From positions 21,370-85,369 of the forward strand of contig CAXHJY010000821.1 in the NCBI GenBank assembly GCA_964016885.1: DNA of 64,000 nt. Direction: 5' to 3'. This document shows, one piece after another, positions 26,563-39,955 of this stretch. This stretch comes from Eledone cirrhosa. Its lineage: Eukaryota. The notes beneath the pieces were generated by a model. The model was given only the letters and a program-made list of their open reading frames with translations, was not told where the DNA came from and searched no databases. Position numbers and translations under genes: made by a program. The stretch's first letter is position 1; the number at the start of each line of letters is the position of its first letter.

Positions 26563-28231
26563 GAATCCATTGTATACTTAAAGCTTATGAGTTCAAGTAT
26601 TCCAATGAGAAAAGTTTGCAAGGGGTAAACCCCACCAAACTAGTTTGTCCTGAGCATTGTAGAAGATAAGGCTTCAATGGCACTTCAAACTTCACTGAGC
26701 TGTCAAACGCACCATCAATCCCACTTATTCTTGAAGCTTTTGGTAATATCCACCTTATCATTATCATATTTCTAATGAAAGACGCTACCTGGTTTTCAAA
26801 TAATTTTGAAAATAATCAAGGAATTTCAAGCTGGTGATTGGGACACAAAAGTTCTTACACAAAATTATGATGGAAAGTTTTTAGTTAAATATAAACACTT
26901 ACTATTGTAAAACTAGGTATGATTTTAGAAAGTTTAGTATCAAAATTGCTAACTAAGATTATGCAGGTTAGTTTCTCCCATCCCCTTTAATTTAACTAAA
27001 ACTCCCTTGCTGAATGCAATGAGCAAACTACTCTCTATAACTATGTATAAACTATTACTGGTAAAGGGAAAGAGCCCTTAACTGCTGGTGGAGTGGTAGG
27101 GGTTCCGTCCTGGCACACGATGATGGGCATTTTAAGAACCCATCCCATCCTAGGATGGAACACAGCCAATTTCTTCCAGTAAAGTAGGAATAGGAAGTAT
27201 TGAGCCTAAAATTGAGGATGAAAGTCAAAGCTGGCCTCTGTAGAATTTGAATTTAAAACACAGTAAGCTGGAACAAATGCTGAAACATTTTAATTCAACT
27301 ACCTAATGACACTGCCAATTTGTCGCCTTGAACTACTACTGAATACACTTGGTAATTATTTTAAAACCACCTAATTAATTTTAATCCAAGGGAATATATT
27401 TTAAAATTAAATTATACACTTTGTTTGATTTACATCAAATTCTAAATTTAGTTGAATTAAACTGAAATATAAACTTGAATGAAACAAAAACTAATTTTAA
27501 AAGTTGCTAAGTACTTTACGCAAAACCAAAATTCAACTAAGCATTGTACAATATCTAAATATATTTCCATATTTTTCATCATTTATTTACAACTATGTTT
27601 GAAATTTAATTAAATTAGCAATAATTTATTGCAAACAAGGAGTAAAGAAAGAAATCAGAGCAGAATAGATTAATGTGTAGAATCAGTTACAAAAATTGAT
27701 TTAAAAAAAATAAAGAGGAGGAAATTATGCAGATCTAAACCCAAAGGAATTGAGATTCAACAGATAGAATAAATCTTGGATTATATATATTTTCATAAAT
27801 ATCATTTAAATTCACATTTAAATAGTGTTTAATGTGAAAGTAGAACAGATTATATCTTTATGTATGTTAGAAACAACAATCATTGTTATAAAATATCATA
27901 AATTGTCTTTTCTGTTTAATTTAATCTAAGAGCTTGGTTTTTGTATAGAAAACTCAGACATTTTCAATATACAAAAGTATTATTTTGAAACCTTTCCAGG
28001 GCTAATTAAGTTTTAAAATCATTGAATTAGTAAACAAAAACAAATTAAACCTATCTTTTAGTCTAAGACTTACTATTTATTTCTGTGGGTCCAGTTTACA
28101 GAGCTCTAATAGATAAACAAATGATTACTAAGTGAACCTTTTAGAATTACATGAATCCATAGCAGACGGAAGAGAATTCACCCCAAGGATAGGTTACTAG
28201 TCTATTACAGAGAGCTTTCATCTGAGAGTGA

Positions 28232-28510
28232 ATGAGCATGACCCTGTGGACAAAGTGTTGGACACATGGCTAAGCTTGTGGATTTAATTCTTGGACTGAG
28301 TGGTGCATTGTATCCCTGAGTAAGACACTTTATTTTCATGTTGCTCCAGTATATTCAATTGAAAAATGAGTACTAACTGCAACTGGAGGTTAACTCTAGA
28401 ATGAACTGGTGTCTCATATAGCATGGAACCTGGTACTTTCAGTCATTAAAGGCCAATAAAACCAGGATAAACTCTGGCCTGATGAGCTTTTGCAATTAGG
28501 GCAGATTTTA
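28232..28510 (+). mobile_element. Old tRNA-derived SINE
   Basis: CTGAGTAAGACACTTTATTTTCATGTTGCTCCAGT core shared with family A; different 3' domain. Confidence 0.55.
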
Positions 28511-29198
28511 ATTTCTTTATCAGCTGCTCAGTATAACAAGCCAAAAATAAATATCTAACTTGATAAGTGTTGAATCTAACCTGCAGCAGTGAATTACACA
28601 ACCTAGAGTATTAAGCGAGATACAAAATAATGAAAAAGAGAGAAAGTGATAAAGAGAAGAATTAGAAGAAGTGACCTCAGTACTAGACTGGTACTTTATC
28701 AACTTTGAAAGGAAAAACAGGCAAAAGTAACCAGTGGGATTTGAACTCAGAGTGCAATGAGCCAGAGTAAATATGATACTCTATCACTTTAATGCGATAC
28801 TCTAACAAACCAGGCTTTTTCGCTACCTTGATCCAGAATACTAAGAAGTTCAATTCAAAATATAATTCCAATTCAAATAAAAATAAAAAAACCCAAAAAA
28901 CCTGCTTGCCTGCAAAATGCTTTTGAAGGTCATAGGTCATTAAATAATACAAATTGTTTTCCATATCTCCATGCAGAGAGATATCCAATAAGTATGTGTA
29001 ATATCTTTTAATCAATGAAATACATATTCAAAGTATATCTAAGTGGTTTTGCAAATTTCAAAACAGATGCTATTCTTATGGAGCAGTGCCAATCAAATAT
29101 AGCAAATGAATTATTTTTGCCCCAGCAACAACCTTTTCTAATTTTAGTCATATTGACCTTGTATATGATCTTGCTGTATCCAAATGAACAGTTATTTA

Positions 29199-29243
<45 letters not shown>

Positions 29244-30017
29244 ATGAGTATTCTTTTTTTGGTAAAGCTATATTTAAAAGTAAAAAATAAAAAAAAGCTA
29301 AAAGGTCCTTATCTCCCGATGGAGTCACAAAAGTGTCACACTGATACATGACATGTCTTGGGCCTTTTAGACCTGGCAGAGCCTATTTCTCTCTAAGTTA
29401 AAACGCAGTTGATTTCTTTAAGAAAAATATGAGGAGAGAGAGAGATGGGGGGAGGGGGGACTGCATTTTATCTTATTGTGGTTACACTAAGTTAAAATCT
29501 GTTTATTGTTCTCTACAAACATTCAAAGTTATTTTCCAATTCTGACATTCTTTCTTAATAAGATAAACTGAATATCATCTCTAGCATTAACAACAATTTA
29601 GATTAAATTTCTAAATCTAAATAGACAAATATGGATAAAATAAAAAAAAATGACAGACAAAATATAACAAATGACTTGATAGCTTGTAGGTATAGTAAGA
29701 GATTTTAGCATGTATATTCTTAATTATTTAATGTTTTTTAATTAAAAATGGAACAATAATGTGACATTTTGCTAAGAGCAGTAAATATACTTAATTTACT
29801 CTGAAATATAATATTCAAATTTCATATATGCTAAGAGTCCATTTCATAATATGATCTAGATTTAAATTAAACATTTATACATGGTTGTACAGCTGTAAAT
29901 GTATAGCAACAGTTAATACTTCTGAAATCACAATAGTTGGATGAGACAATTTTTTAAATATCTTTTTTATTTAATGGTTATTCTGTGCATGACTTATCTT
30001 TCTCAGTATCAGTATAG

Positions 30018-30209
30018 AGGGCGGTGGATTGGCAGTATCGGTAGATGGTCGGACGCCATGCTTTTCAGCATAGTTACGTCCCTTTACGATCTGAGTTCAA
30101 ATCCCGCCGAGGTTGACTTTGCCTTTCATCCTTACGGGGTCGATAAAATAAAGTACCAGTAATGCACTGGGCAATTGCTGGCCTTGTGCCTAAAGTAGAA
30201 ACAATTATT
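30018..30209 (+). mobile_element. tRNA-derived SINE family B, full length
   Basis: A box TGGCAGTATCGG, B box GAGTTCAAATCC, conserved body; at least 8 copies in window. Confidence 0.88.
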
Positions 30210-30258
30210 GAAACAAGTATTTTATATATTTCCCCCCTATTGATTTACCTAAAACATT

Positions 30259-30342
<84 letters not shown>

Positions 30343-30393
30343 ATTAAGTCAAATATGTAAAATTTGGCTTTGTTTGTTATAAATTATAGATAT

Positions 30394-30448
30394 ACTGCTA
30401 TATATATTTCGGTGACAGCCATCATTGGCTGTGACCTCTTCAGGCAGT
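30394..30448 (-). ncRNA. Type I hammerhead ribozyme
   Basis: Minus strand: ACTGC-CTGAAGA-GGTCACAGCC-AATGAT-GGCTGTCACC-GAAA-TATATA-TA-GCAGT; 5-bp helix I, 9/10-bp helix II with G-C closing pair, palindromic helix III ATATATAT, AUA triplet. Confidence 0.88.
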
Positions 30449-30536
30449 CCGAATTGGTGTGGGAAAGACAGCTACACATGTTGTTGAAGTGTGTTTTACT
30501 CCGTCAATACATCGATATGTCCAGCTCCTGGTTGTG

Positions 30537-30599
30537 TTGTTATTCCTCTGAGGAACTGGAATCATATCATATGATTCCAGTTCCTCAGAAGAATAACAA
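30537..30599. repeat. 31-bp-arm palindrome at the inversion junction
   Basis: 30537-30567 versus 30569-30599, one mismatch, 1-nt spacer. Confidence 0.95.
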
Positions 30600-32324
30600 A
30601 TTAAAGACAAACTAATAATTAAGCTATGGGGTAACACTAACAAAGTAATAGATTGGTTTAGCAAAATAGACAATAAGGAAACATCTGACTTCATACAGTT
30701 TGACATCAATGACTACTACTCCTCCATTTCCCCAGTCACCCTAAATAAGGCACTAACCTTTGCACAGAAAAACTCGGACCTATCCTCTGATGAAATTAGA
30801 ATAATACTAGCTGCTAGAAGAACTATCATTAGGTTCGATAATAGTTACTGGGAAAGAAAAAAACAGATAGAATAGCTTCGATATCACTATGGGATCTAAC
30901 GACTCGGTTCAAGTAACAGACATGGTTGGAATATATATAGCGCGTAACTTACATAAGGAATTTAATAACCTCCAAGGAGGAATTTATAGAGATGATACAC
31001 TCCTTTTAGCTAAAAACTTAAATAATCAAAACTTGGAAAGATTACGTAAAAACATTAGAATCTTTTTCAATAAACTAGGCCTAGGCATCACTTTCGAACT
31101 TAATTCTAAAAAATCTAACTTCTTAGATATAACACTCAACCTAAACACAGGACTAATAGAACCCTTCCATAAAAATAACGAAAATCTAGCTTACATTAAG
31201 TATAACTCAAATCACCCTCGCTCCATAACTAACTCCATAGCACATAGTATATCCCTTAGAATTTCACGCTTATCTTCTAACCTAGATATTTTTAAATACT
31301 ACAACATAGCTTTACTTAAGGCAGGCCACAAGGAGAGGCTCAAATACATACGGGATACAAACAACAACAACACACCTAACGACAACAACACCACCCACAC
31401 CTATAGAAATAGCAAATATAGGACTAAACATAGAAATAGACAACGAGCACCAGAAATAACTGAACTGAATACTAATATAAGGACCCCTAGGAACTATAGA
31501 AAATCCAGAGATAGGAAATACCTATGGTTCAATCCAATATTTAACTCCTTTATATAAAAACCAAACTACCTTCTACATTCTTTAAACTAATTGACAAGCA
31601 CTTCCCTAAACTTCACAAATACCATAACATCTTTAACAGAAAAACTATCAAACTGTCTTACTCTACTGCAGCCAATATAGAATCACACACACATAAGATT
31701 AACTATAGAAGAATCTCCAATGAAAATAACCTACAAACAAACACCATAACACCAAATACAAAACACAAACACATAACATCACAACTACACACACGTCAGA
31801 ACGCATCACAACAAAACATCAACAAACCCAAATCTCAGCCCATACATAACAACATACAAAACCGCAATGTAGAACCTGGACACAGGAAAGCCTCCAAATG
31901 TAACTGCCACTTACCAGATAAGTGCCCACTACAAAATAGATGCCTGGAATCAAATATAGTGTACCTGTGTACTATAAATTTGGGCAAATTAGAATGGCAC
32001 TACATAGGTTCTATGGCTGGGGAGTTAAAAAAAAGATGATACGTCCACAGACATTCTATGAAGAACTGTAGACTAGTGAACACAACAATGCTGGCTATTA
32101 AAATCTGGCAGCTTAAAGATACAAACCTAGAATACAGGATTAGCTGGTCGAAATTATCGGGAGCAAAGGCCTACAGAAATGGAATGTCCCAGTGCGAACT
32201 TTGCAATATGGAGTTGTTCCATATTTTAAAGTATGACAAAATGCTGCTTAACAGCAAAATAGAACGATCAATTTTCTGTAGGCACAAAGCAGCTACTAAA
32301 TTCGTAAATTTCAAACCAGCATGA
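30600..32324 (+). pseudogene. Disrupted PLE ORF (reverse transcriptase + GIY-YIG endonuclease)
   Basis: Frameshifts near 30860 and 31555 and an in-frame TGA at 32037-39 split it; pieces include ORFs 30889-31557 and 32058-32324. Confidence 0.88.
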
Positions 32325-32890
32325 TTCGATCCAACAATCCCAATTCAAGCTGAACCACTTAGTTAATAATAGTGGGTTATTATAATAGACTCTGTCAATA
32401 GACCAACTAATCACTAAATCAACATCATAACCTCCTAACCTTTCTTTCTTTCACTCTCTATCCCTAAAACTATTTCACCTCTTCCATTATATCCTATCAT
32501 GATGATGATGTCCTCTTCACCTCTCACCTAACTTCTAATTTATTAATTTATCTTTTTTATATTATCTTTCATTATATTCTTTTATCCTACTCTAACCCTC
32601 TGTGATTTAACCATTACATATGTATATATTTAATATTTTCATAATAGTATTTATACCCTCATCACATCTTTATACTTACACACCACTATAACTTTAACCA
32701 CCAACACCACCACTATTTTCAACAATCATATTAGGTTCATTTTATTCAGATATATATTTTTTTAACTTATTTTTATCATCTTCATTCTAACTTATTATTA
32801 TTTATTATTTTCTTTTTCTCTTTTTCTTTATTATTGATGTTGGAATTTGAATTCTCCTAGTATATTACAAATGTTGTGTGTAATTTTTGT

Positions 32891-33003
32891 CAGTTATTCT
32901 GATGATTTGATTAGTCATACATTTTATTTAAGATTAAGTGACACAACTTCAAGTGATTAGCGATCTTTAGACACCCTAATCAATGAAACTATTGTTAATA
33001 CTG
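32891..33003 (+). ncRNA. Type I hammerhead ribozyme with long loop II in the PLE 3' terminal region
   Basis: CAGTTATT-CTGATGA-T-TTGATTAG-(61 nt)-CTAATCAA-T-GAAAC-TATT-GTT-AATACTG; helix I 4+3 bp, helix II 8 bp, GUU triplet; the 10.1-11.1 pair is a U-U mismatch. Confidence 0.7.
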
Positions 33004-34792
33004 TAAATAAAACCCTTTTTCTACTGTTGACCATGTTATTCTTCACTCTTTCATTATATATATATATAATTTGCTCTACTTTCAAAACATCAGTTGTGAG
33101 AATTCTATTTTTTTTTCACACAACACCGGTTGCCTGCTTCTGATAAGTGATGCTACATTCTTCAGGTGTTCAGATGTGCATGTAGATAGAGTTAAAAGAT
33201 TGAAGAGATATTTTTGTAATTTCTTCGCAATTCTTTCTTTGAATTTACTGTCCATATTATCACTGCCGCAATTGCCAGTAGTATAGTACTTAGCTTACAG
33301 ACTTTATATACCAGTACAACCAGAACCATTCCCCACAGCCAACACATATAATTACACTACTATATATATTATATATATATATATATATATTGAGCTCATC
33401 CGCCTCTTCTGTGGGCTGCTAAAATCACTAGATCAGGAGAGAGATAGAGTGTAGATATGTGGAAATATATATATATCATAAGGTGTCTTTGTTTTGCCCA
33501 GTTTATTTACATTATTGATTGTTTGAATACCCATACTGGTTTCTAAGAAACTAGTAAAGTTAGGAAACCATAACATTTTGCATCAATGATCAATAAGCTA
33601 AGGGAAAATAAATGTTTTCGTGTATCTTCAAACAGTTGTCTTTTCAGCAAGTTAATTGACTATTAAATATATCATCCAGTTTTAACTGACATGCCATATG
33701 TTGACCAAGCTCTAGACTATTTGAAATATATAATTGAATACATTAAATTAAAATGCAAAAGAAAGAGATTCACACACCCACAGGCACATAACACAAATAA
33801 CCAATGCCTTGTGTGTGTGAAATATATTTGGCAGGAAGGAAAGGAAACAGTGCATTGGTCTGAGTTTGTGGTTCCATCTATCATTGTTGTTTATGTCCTA
33901 TAACTTAGCAGTTTGATTAAATAGTAATTGATGAAATAAGTACCAGACTTAAAAAATAAGTACTAGGTCAATATGATTGACCCTGTAAGAAAGAACCCAG
34001 CATGGCCACAATCAAATGACCGAAACCAGTAAAACAGAAAAAGAAAGAAAGAAATTATTATATCTCTAAATGTGAACAAACTGATTAAAGAATTCTATAG
34101 ATAAGGGATAATAGAAGCTTGAAACAAAGTGCTGTGAAAAGTAATATAGTATGCTATATTATTTTATAATTGAAAAAGAGGCATAGAGAAAAATTGTGTG
34201 ACAGAAATGGTGGAGAGATTTACACAGGTCTCAATATTTAACAAAAAACCAAAGCAAATTGCTATCTCAGAAAATTATCATATATTGATTAAGTTGGATA
34301 AAATAAAAAAATATCAAAGAATGCTATAACAATACGTTTCCTGACTATAAAAAATACAAAACAATAAAAAAAGTAATTAAAACAAACAAAATTTACATAT
34401 CACACTAATTTTGAACAATTTGAGGAATAACTTTTGAAAAATAAAATGTTATCTTTTAACCAGCTATCTAGCTGGCCATGCTGGATTAATTAATAAGAAA
34501 AAATAATAAGAAAAAACTGTCAGCATATGCAAATTGATATTTAAGAACAAAAACAACCTATTCTAATATAACAACACAGAATAATAATATATTTTGCTGC
34601 ATAATTCAGTGAGAATGATTTTAATTATAAATCATATATATATGAAAGAGATAGATAGATAGATGGATATATATATAAAGTATGTTTCAAATCTAGAGCC
34701 AGAATAACTTAACTACAGCTTCACATTTAAATATTTCAATCTATTATATAGTTGAGTAATGGTCTAACCACTATCAAATTGATTCCATCCCG

Positions 34793-34823
<31 letters not shown>

Positions 34824-34827
<4 letters not shown>

Positions 34828-35623
34828 CATCATCATTTTACGTCCGCTTTTCCCTGCTTGCAAGGGTGGGACGGGTCTTATTCAGCACAGCATCTCTCCA
34901 CTTGTCATGGTCCTTCGTCATCTCCACCGTGAGCTTCAGCAATCTGAGGTCTGTTCTCACCACCTCCCCCCATGTTTTTCGTGGTCTACCTCTACCATGA
35001 CTTCCTTCAACTGGCATTTCCTGGCACTTCTTCACCCATCGGTCATCCCCCATGCGCATCACATGTCCATATCACCTCAGTCTCCTCTCTCACACACTAC
35101 ATTCTATCCCTTTCAGACACAGTTTCTCTCTCAACACATTCATGCTGGGTCGTTCACGCATATTGACATTGCACATCCAACGGAGGATGCTTGCCTCATT
35201 TCTCTCCAGCCGTCGCATATCCTCTGCAATTGCTGCCCATGTCTCACTACCATGCAGCATCACGCTCCTCACACAGGCATCATATAACCGGCCTTTCATA
35301 CACAGGGAGAAACCCTTCTTTGTCCGCAGAGGAAGCAGATCCCTAAACTTCTTCCAGCCTGTCATTCTAGATACTATGGCCTCGGAGCACCCCCCTCCCA
35401 TGATAATCTCATCTCCTAGGTACCGGAAGCTATCCACCACTTCTATAGCACCCGCCTGCATTTGAAAAATGTGTCTATCAATGCGACTTCTACTGTCTAA
35501 TTTCCCTGTACATCTACTGCATATGTATTTCTCCCTAGCTGTTAGTTTGCCCGTTATCCTGCTACATCTCTTGTGTATCCAGGATCTGCATTGTGTGCAT
35601 TTTATAGAATTTATGCCAGTTCC
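34824..35623 (-). mobile_element. RTE-clade LINE 3' fragment
   Basis: CTQCRSWIHKRCS..ICSRC finger, EVVDSFRYLG, KGRLYDACVRSVMLHGSETW, GRGRPRKTW, KWRDAV; (ATG)n tail. Confidence 0.9.
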
Positions 35624-35630
35624 TTATATA

Positions 35631-35667
<37 letters not shown>

Positions 35668-36059
35668 AAAAAAAAATCCAGGACCCCGACAGCTGAGCTC
35701 CAGCTGTTTCAACAGCTAGATCCGTCGGGGGGGGCCTGAATTTTTTCATATTACCCACTCTTACTACCCCAAGTATCGAGTACTCTGGTGAGTCTAACTG
35801 GTTTTAACCACCTCCAATCTGATATATATATATATATATATACACACACATATATATATATTAATAAAGTATAATTGATAGAAGTACTAAGACACTGTTT
35901 GTCACTTGGGTAAAAAAAAATCCTGTAATAAAATGTTTTTAACAGGTAAAGACAAGTACATCTGCACAAACACATAGTTCTTGTATCTATAAGGCGTTTC
36001 AAAAAGTATGAATATCAGAAGCTCTGCTTTATTCTAGACAAAGTGAATATATAAGCATG

Positions 36060-36420
36060 TGTGAACACAGCATCGCCAGTTAAGAAGTTTGTTTTAAAAT
36101 TATTAGGTCCTGGTTTCAATCCCACTGCATGGCATCGTGAAGCAAGTGTCATTTGCAACAGCCCCGGGTTGACCTTGTGAGTGAATTTAGATAGACAGAA
36201 ACCGTTTGGAAGCCCTTCAGATGGACTGTACCTGTAATTCAAAGGATCAACCTTGTAACACACTGTGCCAAGCTGAGTCTCCCTAAGAATTACATAAAGG
36301 GTACACCTGTCTATGGAATGCTTGCTCAGCCAACATGCACCTTAATTTCTTGAGAAAGCCATTCCATTCATTAAACAATTGGAACATCTATTGTTGAAAC
36401 CAACAAAGGACTATTTCTTC
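36060..36420 (+). mobile_element. Degenerate SINE (family E-related)
   Basis: GTTAAGAAGTTTG...GGTTTCAATCCCACTG head; body shared with 9306-9632. Confidence 0.55.
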
Positions 36421-36499
36421 TATTCAAAATGTAAGTATAGGAAAGTGATGCACGGAAATTAAGGCAATATATAAAGACTGAAAAATTCAAAACACACGT

Positions 36500-36500
36500 G

Positions 36501-36547
<47 letters not shown>

Positions 36548-36637
36548 CGGGCGAGAGAGAGCGAGAGAGCGGGCGAGAGAGAGAGCGAGAGAGCGGGCGA
36601 GAGCGAGGGCGAGAGCGCGGGCGAGAGCGAGAGCGAG
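36500..36637. repeat. (GA)n/(GAGC)n microsatellite
   Basis: Direct reading. Confidence 0.95.
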
Positions 36638-37393
36638 GTATCTAATCAGTGAGAAGAATTTGCCCAATATCCAATTAAAGGTTATGCAAAATTCTTGAGT
36701 TCAACAAATGGGGCTTTCGAACCTTACTTTCTCACGAAGCCCTCATAATATTTTCCCCAAATCATGGAACCTATACCTTTATTTTATAGGCAACCCTTCA
36801 CAACTAATCTTAATAAGACAGTGAATAAAACAAATTTTGATTTTAGTACGGAATATATTCATATACAAAAAAGATAAATGAAAGGTTACAATAAAACACG
36901 CACACACAGAGAGAGAGAGAGAGCGAGAGAGAGAGAGAGAGCGGCAGATCTTGTCAACTACAGTGTTGAAATATATTGAAGCAGACATATGTATAGAAAT
37001 AACTTTTGAGAATATCATTAAAAAAATCTAATAAAGTAGGCAAGCTATAAAAAAATATTGAGGAAAGTTTGTTATTCAAACAACAGCAGTTATTATACCT
37101 TATATATTGCTTAGTTAAGACATTAAAAGTAAAATAATTTTGCAATATTTGATCCTGAATCAGACAAATAATTCAGAGAGGTATTATTACTTTTGTGGAT
37201 GGGGGAGAGAGAGAGAGAGAAAGCTATAAGTAGTCTATTTAGATGGGAAGGGAGAAAGATAGATAGAGAGTTGTGAAATGTCTATTTAAATGAGGGGGAG
37301 GAGCGAGAAAGAGAGAAAGTTGTGTTATATCTGTTCAGATGAAGGAGAGGAATGAATTATATATATCAATATATATATCAATATATATATCAA

Positions 37394-37442
<49 letters not shown>

Positions 37443-37791
37443 GAGAGAGAGAGAGAGAGAGTTGTGAGTAGTCTATTTAGATGACAGCTGTGTTGTAGAT
37501 TGTTGTTAGAGTTTATAACTGTAGCACATGACAAGATGTGTCAGTAGGGACAATCACATAGTAAGTGCACTGAACATAAATGGTTGCTTAATGAGACAAA
37601 GATGAAAAGTTCATTAGAGTAATAAGAGCAACTGGTTAGAACAGAGACAAGTTTTCAATTGTAAAGTCTGCAGTTGATCAGTAAAAGTCTAGTTTAATAT
37701 GGTGAGTTGCTTTCATCTGTATTTTGTACATGAACTGAAGAAAATTGGTCAAAGTGTTGAGTAGAACTGTCTATGGAAATATATGTTTGTG

Positions 37792-37825
<34 letters not shown>

Positions 37826-38464
37826 TTATCATTTGATAATGATGTATATATATATATATGTGAGTGTATATGTACATATATAAGTATACATATGCATGCA
37901 TATACATACAGTACACACACAAATACATTTCCCTAATCATTTCTATCTTCTCTGAAGACAAAGTAAAATGAACAGAATTAGTCATTAATTCCCAATGTTA
38001 ATGTTCAGATTGTGATATATAAATACATCTATTATATATATGAGTAATGGAGATTGAGCAAGGTTTTTTTTATTACTTGTTTTTTTTTGTTTTTTTTTGT
38101 AGAAACATGTGTCAGAAGAATGAAATCTCTTAATTTTTCATCTTTGGTATGTATGTTGTTTTGGTTTTATAATTTTATAAATGTTTACCAATAGAGAGAG
38201 AGAGAGAGTCGGTTTCTAATATAGACGCAAGACTCTTTTATTGGAATTTAGACATCAACTAGGTAGATATGTATGCATGCATGTGCGTGTGCAGGTATGG
38301 ATGATATGTGTGGATGTGAATGTTTTGAGTTATATGTGCATATGTTTTGTATCTGTACATGTGTATATGCAGTTATTACATGCAGAATTAGTGGAATGTT
38401 TTACATATTTTTACTGTTTCATTAATGTATTGTACTTGTAATTTCCTAACTAGTCGTGTTCTTT

Positions 38465-39015
38465 CTGTTTCTGTGAAGCACAGCAATTACTAACATATCC
38501 CAGTGCCCCAATAATCACAGGCATAAATCTGAAAGCATAATCAGTGTGGAGTATCTGCAGGTTCCTCATTTGTTCTGCATAGATATTCTCCTTTTCACTA
38601 GTCTTTAATATTATACTGGCATCTGCTAGGCAGCTGGCCTCCACTACTGTGCATGCGTTCTTTTCCCAGCCCCATACCATTTTATCTGGTCCGTTATACT
38701 TGAATTTTATTGGGGTTTTGACAGGAACATTCCACCAGTACTCATTCATATTATGTATGCATTTGTCTTCCACATTGCTGCAGCTTTTAATAAGTTTATC
38801 GTTTGGATGGGGGGGGGGGGATCTTTTCTACAGATTGCATTGTATAGTGCTATAGGTAGATAGTACCGTGATAATATCTTTGGACAGCTGCTAATGACAT
38901 GGGTGACATCTTCGATGTTAATTCTGCAGTCTGCATTTGTTGTCAAATCTAGATGTTTTGCCTGCATCCCTATCTCTTTTGTGAATCAGGTATTTTGTAT
39001 TGATTCCTGTTCTTG
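38465..39015 (-). mobile_element. Fragment of RLE-type non-LTR retrotransposon (R4/Dong-like C-terminus)
   Basis: QEQE, CR...EDVTHVISSCP zinc-knuckle remnant, YWWNVPV, PVIIGALG motifs; frameshifted. Confidence 0.7.
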
Positions 39016-39484
39016 GGTTGCATATGTATGTATGGGTGTGTATGTATGTCCATACATGTGTGTGCATGTATGTATTAGGTACACACACACAAGATATATT
39101 AAAAAACTAATATGAGTGGATATTGAGGGTTCATTGCCAGGTGATATCAGCCCTGTAAAAGTGCTGCTAGGTAAAGGATACCAAAGGTATTCCCTACCAA
39201 GAGCTCAGGATATTCAGTAGAGTCAGAAGCCAATTTTGCTACACAAAATCCAGTAATTTTAACAAAAGTGTCAGAGTTGACAATTCAAGAAATTATGGTG
39301 AATTATATACGAGTATTGCCTTCAGAGAACTCATAATTTACTTAATGTATTGTCATTTGAAAATAAACAGGAAAAGTAATAAAGACAGCTTAACAATGGC
39401 AAGTTAGGTTTTGAATGTACACAGTTGTTATATAGAACATGTTAACTAAATTACTAAGTTGGTTTGTGCCAGTAAATGTTGCCA

Positions 39485-39955
39485 TGGCAGTATTGGTAGA
39501 GCATGTAGTTACAGCCTTTTACATTCTGAGGTCATATGATTATTTTTATTATTATTATTATGGCCCTTTACATTCTGAGTTCAAATTGAGCCGAGGCTAG
39601 CTTTGGCATTCATCCTTGTGGGGCTGATAAAATAAAGCACCAGTGATGCACTGGGGTTGATTTAATCGATTTTCCCCTCTTCCCTTCAAATTGTTGGCCT
39701 TGTGCCTAAATGAGAAAGCATTATTCATGTGATATGAATGTGGTGGATTTGGAGAATTGGTTGAGCATTGGACAAAATGCTTTAGCAGTATTTGTTTAGG
39801 CTCTTTACATTCTCATTTCAAATTCTGCCAAAGTCAACTTTTCCTTTCATTCTACTGTGGTTGATAAAATAAAGTACAAGTCAAATACTGAGATTGATAT
39901 AGCCAACTTTACTCAATCGTCAAATTCCTCTGGCCTTCTGACTAAACTAGAAACT
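39485..39955 (+). mobile_element. Two older tandem SINE family B-related copies
   Basis: TTTACATTCT..GTTCAAAT...TTCATCC...GATAAAATAAAG...TGGCCTT occurs twice. Confidence 0.65.

Larger units (their letters stand above)
30600..33056 (+). mobile_element. Penelope-like retroelement (C-terminal GIY-YIG, Hydra-type-like), 5'-truncated
   Basis: RT motifs FIQFDINDYYSSI, FDITMGS, GIYRDD; linker WFNP...LIDKHFP...IFNR..IKLSYS; CNCx5CPx4C; NIVY...YIG; CELC...CRH; ends in (TA)n. Confidence 0.9.

Noticed and set aside
28465-28505. CCTGATGAG in an old SINE tail as a ribozyme core
   Set aside because: No downstream helix II-GAAA; the same applies to CTGATGA/CTGAAGA hits at 9585, 20074, 25138 and 45004
32037-32039. 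In-frame TGA in the PLE endonuclease as possible selenocysteine
   Set aside because: The context KR*YVH fits a TGG-to-TGA mutation, not a Cys position, and the ORF also has frameshifts
35930-35952. Plus-strand TTTTTAACAG|GTAAAG as a recursive site
   Set aside because: Short pyrimidine tract, weaker donor and no evident downstream donor
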